From Erysipelotrichaceae bacterium (lineage in GTDB: Bacteria; Bacillota_I; Bacilli_A; Erysipelotrichales; Erysipelotrichaceae), in assembly GCA_900759455.1 (NCBI GenBank), contig CAAEVI010000001.1, forward strand, positions 1,467-25,466: DNA of 24,000 nt, given 5' to 3'. The notes beneath the pieces were generated by a model. The model saw only the letters and a list, made by a program, of their open reading frames with translations, searched no databases and was not told the origin of the DNA. The position numbers were made by a program, and so were the translations under genes. Below are positions 15,995-22,641 of the stretch, in pieces (within the stretch, counting starts at the first letter, position 1; the number at the start of each line of letters is the position of its first letter).

Positions 15995-16390
15995 ATGAAT
16001 GATATTGTAGAATCTCAAAGTAGTGTCTTGGCTGCACTGCATGGAAAAAACGGGGAAATCTCTTTGCCGAAGCCTTTTGAAAGAAATATTTTCCTGTTTG
16101 ATACCTATGTGGCCGGAACGACACATATTGAGGGAATGGAAGAATTGGAGCCCGCTCTACAGATTGAAGACAAACTATCGTTTTTCAGAGAACCGGATAA
16201 TCGCTTTGATGATCAGGCCATTGTGATCAAAACAATGGACGGTGTAAAAATCGGTTATATTCCCCGGCAGGATAATGTTATCTTTGCGCGGTTGATGGAT
16301 GCCGGAAAACTGTTGTTTGGAAAGATTTCCTCAAAGGAAATCATAGGTTCCTGGGTAAAGATCGGAATCAAAGTATATTTGCATGAATAA
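15995..16390 (+). CDS. Stand-alone HIRAN-domain protein
   Basis: The sequence FDTYVAGTTHIEG...LSFFREPDNRFDDQAIVIKTMDGVKIGYIPRQDNVIFARLMDAG fits the HIRAN pattern (VAG..y...L.L.REP.N..D.nAI.V....g..IGYiPr..a..la.lmD.g). The start lies 4 nt after the upstream stop, behind GAGGTGA. Confidence 0.75.
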   Translation: MNDIVESQSSVLAALHGKNGEISLPKPFERNIFLFDTYVAGTTHIEGMEELEPALQIEDKLSFFREPDNRFDDQAIVIKTMDGVKIGYIPRQDNVIFARLMDAGKLLFGKISSKEIIGSWVKIGIKVYLHE

Positions 16391-16393
16391 AGA

Positions 16394-16427
16394 AGAAACG
16401 CTTGTGAAAGATGAGCGTTTCTTTTTT
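16394..16427 (+). terminator. Rho-independent terminator closing the four-gene cassette
   Basis: A 9-bp stem AGAAACGCT (16394-16402) pairs with AGCGTTTCT (16414-16422) around an 11-nt loop, and runs into a T-tract (to 16427). Confidence 0.8.
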
Positions 16428-16542
16428 ATCATTGAAACAGCGTGATGATCGTGTATGATCTGCATCATTATATCGTTCAAAATGTCCATATTATTATGGT
16501 CATTTTTACGAATTTTGGAAACAATTCTTTGCTCAGTTTCAA

Positions 16543-16551
16543 TGCTATAAT
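16543..16551 (+). promoter_or_regulatory. Candidate extended -10 sigma-A promoter for the second PTS operon
   Basis: The sequence is TGcTATAAT, with TG at 16543-16544 and TATAAT at 16546-16551. I found no convincing -35 element. It lies about 25 nt upstream of the start codon. Confidence 0.35.
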
Positions 16552-16577
16552 GGATTCAACAAAGAGGAGTGAAGACA

Positions 16578-18440
16578 TTGAAGCAAAGACAACTGAAGGT
16601 CATTCAACTATTATTGGAAAATAAAGAATATCTTTCAGCCAAAACATATGCAAATCTTCTGGGTATCTCCGAAAAATCTTTTAGAAGAGATTTAGAGGAA
16701 TTAGAACCGTTTTTCAAGAAGTATGATGCAGAGGTAATAAAAAAAATCGGCGTCGGTGTTCTGCTTGAAGTTGACCCCCAGCAGCGCATTTTGCTGAATG
16801 CGGAAATAGAAAAACTGGTGTGGATCGACAAGGAAAAAGAATTCCATTCATTAAACGGAACGAATCGAAAGAAAGATATGCGGCTAAATTTACTGTTAAG
16901 CGCAGGAGAGATTTACAGTGTTTCGCAAATCGCCGCAAGCTACTACTTAAGCAAATCATCGGCTTACCATGATTTACAGATGGTGGAAAATTTCTTTAGG
17001 GAACATGACCTTACCATTGAAAAAGGAACAAAGGGAAGCTGCATCCAAGGGAATGAATTTACCATACGAAAACTGATCATAAATGAATTGATCCGATATG
17101 AACAGTTTTATGATTTCTTTACACTTCAGTTCAATTTTGAATTGATCTCGGCAGGACTAATACAGAAACTGAAATCTTTATTTGTCGAAGAAGACATAAG
17201 AGAACTGACAAAACTGATCGAAGAAAAGAACAGACAGTTCATCCATCCGCTGACAAACGAAGAAAAGAACTGGATGTTTACCGCATTGCTGATACAGATT
17301 TACAGGATACGAATGAACCACATGATCAATGCATCCAATCAGTCACGGAAGGCCTTGTTAGAGTATGAATCCGATCTTTCGAATGCATGTATACAAGTGA
17401 TGAAAAAACAGACAAACCGCAAACTGACGATTGAAGAAATTACATATATTCACTGGGTATTATCGACATTAAGTCTGAATGATCATCCGCAAAGGGAACG
17501 ACAGAATATCGAAAATGTCGCAGAGGAGTTCACAAACGATTTCGTTGATGCTTTTTCCGCAATTACCGGTTTAAGCTTACGGAACAAACAAAGCTTTTAT
17601 CAGAATATTTCCCAGCATATCTTTTTCATGATTTCCAGAGTCGTGAACGGCCAGCGCTTTAAAAATCCGATCCTGGACAAGATGAGAAATGAATATCGGG
17701 CGATGGAAAAGGTTTGCAGCATCATTTGCTGGATCTTGGCAAAAAAACATGGAACCAGCTGTATAAACGACGACGAGATCAGTTATCTGATGTTGTATAT
17801 TCAGGGGGAAATTATAGATCTGGAACCCAAAATGAATACCCTTGTGATCTTCGATCTACAGAAAAGCTTACAGTCGTTATTTCAGATTCAGCTATCGAAG
17901 CGGTTTCCTAATCTGAATGTCACGTTTACAGATAATGACGGAGGAAAAAATCTGCCTGAATATGATCTGATCATCAATACAAAGTCGATGAAAAACAAAC
18001 TGCAGGAAGCCAATCGAATAGCGATTTCACCGATATTAACAGAAAGTGATTTTGATTTGATCGATGAAACAATTACAAAGATCATTTCCAACCGGAATGA
18101 CAATTACTTGGAATTAAGTCGGATATTAAATGACTTAAAAGATATCGGTGTGGAAATAATGATCAATTCAACAGCCGTCAGTGTTGAAAAACAAAAAAAG
18201 GATCATCTGGTTGTCATTGGTACATATGGATGGGAATATCATTACAGTTTTTCAGATCAGTACAGCAACAAATGCCTGATTTTTACGGAAGATATACAGG
18301 CACAGAAAAATGTAATTTATTTTTACATGAGTAATTGGGATTTCCTGTTGTTTTCAACAAAGCTTGTATACCTGATTGAAAACAGCACGAAACAGATCGT
18401 GAATTATTTCAGACAATATCTAATAGAGGAGTGGAGCTAA
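16578..18440 (+). CDS. PRD-domain transcriptional activator of the MtlR/ManR/LicR type (HTH, Mga-like, 2x PRD, degenerate EIIB/EIIA-like C-terminus)
   Basis: The N-terminal HTH reads KQRQLKVIQLLLENKEYLSAKTYANLLGISEKSFRRDLEEL. The central helical region is PRD-like with conserved His (YIHWVL, SQHIFFMISR). The C-terminal 200 aa resemble EIIB-Gat/EIIA-like regulatory domains. There is no ATG near the 5' end. TTG 16578 lies 8 nt after GAGGAG (16564-16569), and GTG 16569 is the alternative. The stop is 1 nt before the next start. Confidence 0.7.
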   Translation: MKQRQLKVIQLLLENKEYLSAKTYANLLGISEKSFRRDLEELEPFFKKYDAEVIKKIGVGVLLEVDPQQRILLNAEIEKLVWIDKEKEFHSLNGTNRKKDMRLNLLLSAGEIYSVSQIAASYYLSKSSAYHDLQMVENFFREHDLTIEKGTKGSCIQGNEFTIRKLIINELIRYEQFYDFFTLQFNFELISAGLIQKLKSLFVEEDIRELTKLIEEKNRQFIHPLTNEEKNWMFTALLIQIYRIRMNHMINASNQSRKALLEYESDLSNACIQVMKKQTNRKLTIEEITYIHWVLSTLSLNDHPQRERQNIENVAEEFTNDFVDAFSAITGLSLRNKQSFYQNISQHIFFMISRVVNGQRFKNPILDKMRNEYRAMEKVCSIICWILAKKHGTSCINDDEISYLMLYIQGEIIDLEPKMNTLVIFDLQKSLQSLFQIQLSKRFPNLNVTFTDNDGGKNLPEYDLIINTKSMKNKLQEANRIAISPILTESDFDLIDETITKIISNRNDNYLELSRILNDLKDIGVEIMINSTAVSVEKQKKDHLVVIGTYGWEYHYSFSDQYSNKCLIFTEDIQAQKNVIYFYMSNWDFLLFSTKLVYLIENSTKQIVNYFRQYLIEEWS

Positions 18441-18441
18441 T

Positions 18442-18846
18442 ATGGAAACAAAATTGATGATAGTTACACATGGCACATTAGGAAAGTCATTACTTGAAAC
18501 CTCATCCTTGATCGTAGGGGAACAGAGGAATGTAGAAACTTATGGAGTTGATCTAGGATGTGATGTGGAAAAGTTGAAAAATGAAATCAGACAATCCTTA
18601 AAAGAGTCATTTGACAAAGGGCAGTCTGTAATCGTATTGACGGATATTTTCTACGGTACCCCTTTTAATGTCGTGGTTTCTCTGATGGAAGATTATGATT
18701 TTATGCATATTACCGGTATCAATTTATCAATCGTACTGGAAATATTGCTAAAGCGAAATGAGATAAAAGAACAGGATATCGACGAAGTGATTGAAGAAGC
18801 CAAAAAATCAATGATTAATTGTCGCAAGTTTTTAATTGAGGAATAA
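18442..18846 (+). CDS. PTS mannose-family EIIA component (second system)
   Basis: LMIVTHGTLGKSLLETSSLIVG is the EIIA-Man His signature. The 134-aa protein has the right size. Confidence 0.85.
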   Translation: METKLMIVTHGTLGKSLLETSSLIVGEQRNVETYGVDLGCDVEKLKNEIRQSLKESFDKGQSVIVLTDIFYGTPFNVVVSLMEDYDFMHITGINLSIVLEILLKRNEIKEQDIDEVIEEAKKSMINCRKFLIEE

Positions 18847-18865
18847 CAGAAAGGAGGTGCTTGTG

Positions 18866-19342
18866 ATGAAAAACGTTTTAATAACAAGAATTGATGACCG
18901 TCTGATTCACGGACAAGTAGTAACAGCATGGATCAAAGTTTATCCGATCAACAAAATCTTAATTATTGATGATGAATTATCAAAAAATAAGTTGATGACG
19001 AGAATTTACCGTGCTGCCGCTCCGGCAGGAGTCGAGGTGATTCTGAAAGGTTTGGATGATGCACTTCATTATTTGCATGAAGAACCGGAAAAAGGAGAAA
19101 ACGTAATGATTTTGGTTAAGGTGCCTGAAATCATTGAAGCAATCATTGATAGCGGCTTTACAGTAAATAAAGTGATCTTAGGAGGAATGGGCGCATCTGA
19201 AAAGAGGAAACGATTCAATCGTAATATTTCGGCAAGTGAAAGTGAAATTGAATCTTTCAGAAGAATTGTTGAAAAGGGAATTGAAATTGTTTATCAGCTG
19301 GTTCCAAACGATCGTGAAATGAACATTCGGGATTTGCTATAG
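18866..19342 (+). CDS. PTS mannose-family EIIB component (second system)
   Basis: The active-site signature ITRIDDRLIHGQVVTAW is present. ATG 18866 follows AAAGGAGG (18851-18858). Confidence 0.9.
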   Translation: MKNVLITRIDDRLIHGQVVTAWIKVYPINKILIIDDELSKNKLMTRIYRAAAPAGVEVILKGLDDALHYLHEEPEKGENVMILVKVPEIIEAIIDSGFTVNKVILGGMGASEKRKRFNRNISASESEIESFRRIVEKGIEIVYQLVPNDREMNIRDLL

Positions 19343-19355
19343 GAGGAGGATTGTT

Positions 19356-20969
19356 ATGAGTTTACTGCAAGGGATTTTATTAGCATTTCTATATTATTTA
19401 GGCAACAGTACATGGGGCTTAGGCGTCGGTTGGTGGACTTTGATGCGTCCGTTGGTGCTTGGGTTTATTTCGGGAATCATTCTCGGTGATCCGGCCCAGG
19501 GAACCATCGTGGGTGCACAGATCAATGTGCTTTATCTGGGCTTTATTGGTGCAGGCGGTGCCTTGCCGGGCGATATTGCCTTAGCTGGCGTTGTCGGAAC
19601 GGCCATTGCATTATCAACGGGTGTAGATGTAAATACAGCTATGTCACTGGCAGTTCCTGTAGGTCTGCTAGGTACGATCATCTGGGTCATGAAGATGACC
19701 GTCAATACCGCATGGGTACGTTTTGCGGAAAAATATGCGGATAGCGGAAACACAAAGAGTTTCTGGATCGCCGATGTAGTCATGCCGCAGCTGTTTCTGT
19801 TCATCGTAAGTTTTATTTCCTGCTTTGTTATCGTATATTTCGGTGTTTCGTATATTAAGGATATACTGGATTTCCTTGGTGACAATGTAGTAGGCGTATT
19901 ATCCACGATTGGCGGAATGCTGCCTGCAGTAGGTATTGCCCTGACATTAAAATCAATCTTCAAAGCAGAATCGATTCCTATGTTCTTTTTGGGATTTATG
20001 CTAGTACAGTATTTTGGTTTAGACATGATTGCCACAGGCTTCCTGTCTCTGGTCTTTACTGTTATCTATATGCAGCTCAAAACAAAGGAAGGAGAAGAAC
20101 CTTTACTTGCCGGTTTTGATCATAATGTGGAAGGTCAGACAAGCTATGTACTGCTTGATAAAAAGACAATTAAAAAATCCTGGTTCAGATGGATCATGTT
20201 TAACCAGGCAAATTATAACTATGAGCGTATGCAGGGAACCGGATTCTGTCATGCCATGCTTCCGATTATAGATAAACTGTATCCAGATGATGCGGAAAAG
20301 AGAAGAGAACGCATGAAACTTCATATGAATTTCTTTAACACAGAACCGCAGTGGGGAGCTTGTATTATTGGTCTGACAGCTGCATTGGAAGAGAAAAAAG
20401 CACAGGGTTCGGATGAGGAAATCAGTGATGAGATGATCACCTCTATTAAGTCAAGCTTGATGGGACCTCTTGCGGGTATTGGCGATACCATTGACGGCGG
20501 AGTCATAACACCTTTACTGCTTACATTATTTATCGGTATTTCACAGACAGGAAACTTATTGGGACCGATCGGCTACATTATCGTTGAGGCATGTATCATG
20601 TGGTCTATTTACTGGTTTTCTTACAAACTGGGTTATGAAAAGGGATCAGATGCCATCGTGAATTTACTTGAAAGCGGGAAAATCAATAAACTGATCTTAG
20701 GTGCTTCTATCATGGGATGTATGGTACTTGGCGGACTGGTTGGAAATTTCGTTACATTTAAGACTGGATTGACATTTGATGTTGGAGGAGATGCACCGTT
20801 TGTTTTACAGGAACAGTTGTTTGATGTGATCCTGCCTGGCATGCTTCCATTATTGCTGACATTAGGATGCTATTGGTTAATAACGAAGAAAAATGTTTCT
20901 TCTGTTAAAGTAATCTTGTTGATCTTTGTTTTAGGCTTAGTCGGCGGATTGTTGGGCATTTTTGCTTAA
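19356..20969 (+). CDS. Fused PTS mannose-family EIIC-EIID permease
   Basis: The N-terminal ~245 aa are collinear with the separate IIC encoded at 7961-8737 (same G-rich TM pattern). After the hydrophilic linker KTKEGEEPLLAGFDHNVEGQTS comes KKSWFRWIMFNQANYNYERMQGTGFCHAMLPIIDKLYP, which is the IID N-terminal signature seen in the gene at 8724. The whole 537 aa are a single uninterrupted ORF. Confidence 0.85.
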   Translation: MSLLQGILLAFLYYLGNSTWGLGVGWWTLMRPLVLGFISGIILGDPAQGTIVGAQINVLYLGFIGAGGALPGDIALAGVVGTAIALSTGVDVNTAMSLAVPVGLLGTIIWVMKMTVNTAWVRFAEKYADSGNTKSFWIADVVMPQLFLFIVSFISCFVIVYFGVSYIKDILDFLGDNVVGVLSTIGGMLPAVGIALTLKSIFKAESIPMFFLGFMLVQYFGLDMIATGFLSLVFTVIYMQLKTKEGEEPLLAGFDHNVEGQTSYVLLDKKTIKKSWFRWIMFNQANYNYERMQGTGFCHAMLPIIDKLYPDDAEKRRERMKLHMNFFNTEPQWGACIIGLTAALEEKKAQGSDEEISDEMITSIKSSLMGPLAGIGDTIDGGVITPLLLTLFIGISQTGNLLGPIGYIIVEACIMWSIYWFSYKLGYEKGSDAIVNLLESGKINKLILGASIMGCMVLGGLVGNFVTFKTGLTFDVGGDAPFVLQEQLFDVILPGMLPLLLTLGCYWLITKKNVSSVKVILLIFVLGLVGGLLGIFA

Positions 20970-20979
20970 GGAGGACAGT

Positions 20980-22221
20980 ATGATCATTCAATTTGACGAA
21001 AAGTATAAATCATTTCCGAAGGAAGAATATGAGCTTCATGTAGAAAAGCTTCAGACAGAAATGAAAAAGATGAATCTGGATTTACTGTTACTGACAAGTC
21101 CTGAAAATATCTACTATTCTACAGGTTATCGTTCCTGGTATACTTCAAGCCTGTTTCGTCCGGTATATGTGCTTGTTCCGTTGGAAGGTGATCCAGCTGT
21201 CATCTTACGTATTCTGGAGAAAAGCACGGTAAAGTTTACAAGCTGGACATCTAATGTCTTTGTGTCAGGAACAAAAGCGAGAAATATCGGATATTTGGAT
21301 GCGGAAAGCCATATCGAGGCTACAAAAAAGGCGATTGACCAGATTGCCCCGTCTGCCAAAACGATCGGTATCGAAAAAGCAGACGGCTGTCAGTTCTTCT
21401 GGTCTCTTCAGATGCTGGAAGATTTTGCGCAAAAATATCCGCAATATGAATTTGTAGACGGGACATTGGCATTTCAACGTGCCAGAATGATCAAAACATC
21501 GTGGGAGATCGAGAAGATCCGAAGCGTTTGTTATATTACCGAAAAGGCAATTGAAGAAACATTTGCCATGGTGCGTCCGGGACAGACAACAGAAAAAGAG
21601 ATAGCAAGGAGCATTGCCTCTAAGATGGCAGCTGACGGAGTAGATAAATTCTCATATTTAACTGTAACCAGCGGCATTCAGAAATATACAACGTTGAATG
21701 CGTATGCGACAGATCGAATCGTTCAGTTCGGAGAATTGCTTCTTGTGGACATCAGCGGTCATATCGACGGTTATGCATCTGATTTGACCAGAATGATGTA
21801 TTTAGGAAATGAAATACCGAAAGATATTTATGACATGGCAAAAGCCAGCAGTGACTGTGTGATCGCAGGGAAAGAATATATGAAACCGGGAAGAAAAATC
21901 GGGGCTTTAAATAAAACGATTGAAGATACGCTGCGAAATGCAGGTTACAGCGATTATGTCATTCATTCCAGCGGTCATTGTGTCGGGCTGAATGTAGTTG
22001 AATATCCTACTATTTATGATGAAAGCGATGTTATGTTAGAACCGGGAATGGTATTTGCGGTCGAAAACGGTGTATACCCATTTGATAAAGAAGATGGTGC
22101 GGAAAATATGCATCTGGCGTTCAGAATGGAGGATGAAGTACTGGTAACCGAACATGGATCTGAATGGATAACAGGCCCAGGAAAAGCAATCTATTGCTTA
22201 AAGGATTTTAAGCAAAAATAA
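20980..22221 (+). CDS. M24-family metallopeptidase (Xaa-Pro aminopeptidase/prolidase-like, with a creatinase-type N-domain)
   Basis: The pita-bread-fold metal ligands are all present: D/D in LLLVDISGHIDGYASDLTRM, H in HSSGHCVGL, E in FAVENGVY, and E in MEDEVLVT. The start ATG 20980 follows AAGGAGGA. Confidence 0.8.
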   Translation: MIIQFDEKYKSFPKEEYELHVEKLQTEMKKMNLDLLLLTSPENIYYSTGYRSWYTSSLFRPVYVLVPLEGDPAVILRILEKSTVKFTSWTSNVFVSGTKARNIGYLDAESHIEATKKAIDQIAPSAKTIGIEKADGCQFFWSLQMLEDFAQKYPQYEFVDGTLAFQRARMIKTSWEIEKIRSVCYITEKAIEETFAMVRPGQTTEKEIARSIASKMAADGVDKFSYLTVTSGIQKYTTLNAYATDRIVQFGELLLVDISGHIDGYASDLTRMMYLGNEIPKDIYDMAKASSDCVIAGKEYMKPGRKIGALNKTIEDTLRNAGYSDYVIHSSGHCVGLNVVEYPTIYDESDVMLEPGMVFAVENGVYPFDKEDGAENMHLAFRMEDEVLVTEHGSEWITGPGKAIYCLKDFKQK

Positions 22222-22232
22222 TTTTACGAAAT

Positions 22233-22337
22233 AAAAAATGACCTATAGTAGTGATTCTTGAGGTGACCCCCAAAAGTTAGACCAATAAGTTTAACGATTG
22301 GAGGTCACTACATCTTCATTACTGTGGGTCATTTTTT
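22233..22337. repeat. A ~105-nt element with long imperfect terminal inverted repeats, flanked by A6/T6 (complex bidirectional terminator or MITE-like element)
   Basis: The 5' arm AAAAAATGACCTATAGTAGTGA pairs over 22 positions (3 of them G:U) with TCATTACTGTGGGTCATTTTTT. An inner stem GTGACC/GGTCAC surrounds a ~34-nt apical region. The element begins 12 nt after the M24 stop. Confidence 0.6.
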
Positions 22338-22641
22338 AATGAGTACTAATTAGAAAGATTCATAGACGATCTTTAAAAGAGTATTATCATTTCAATATTT
22401 AAATGTATCAAGAATAGTATTTTGATTTTCTTGCTGTAAGATCTCAAAGAGAGTCATCACTCAGATAATTATCTCTTTTTGGACATGCATGATTTGAAAA
22501 AAGACAGAACATACTTTGAAATATCAATATTCCGTTTTCTCAAAAACGTGTGATAAGAGCATAGAGAGACTTGAGGTGGCTGAATAAAAATGCATTTATA
22601 CATGTACATTTGAAAAATATAAACTTTTCATTTGATACATT

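Noticed and set aside
16516-16533. A sigma-54-like sequence, TGGAAAcaattctTTGCT, lies upstream of the second PTS operon.
   Set aside because: The GG-to-GC distance is 14 nt (G16517 to G16531) rather than the 12 nt required in TGGCAC-N5-TTGC. The -24 box is also degenerate (TGGAAA). In addition, the operon has a PRD activator of the MtlR type that lacks an AAA+/GAFTGA domain.
16442-16624. A 60-aa ORF spans the promoter and the 5' end of the PRD activator gene.
   Set aside because: It overlaps the RBS and start of the much better supported regulator gene, in a different frame. It has no motifs.
19532-20035. A 167-aa antisense ORF lies inside the EIIC-EIID gene. Similar ORFs lie at 7966-8283, 8431-8700 and 9537-9902.
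   Set aside because: They lie opposite Gly/Ala-rich membrane-protein coding sequence, which typically leaves the complementary frame open. They show no start context or family signature.
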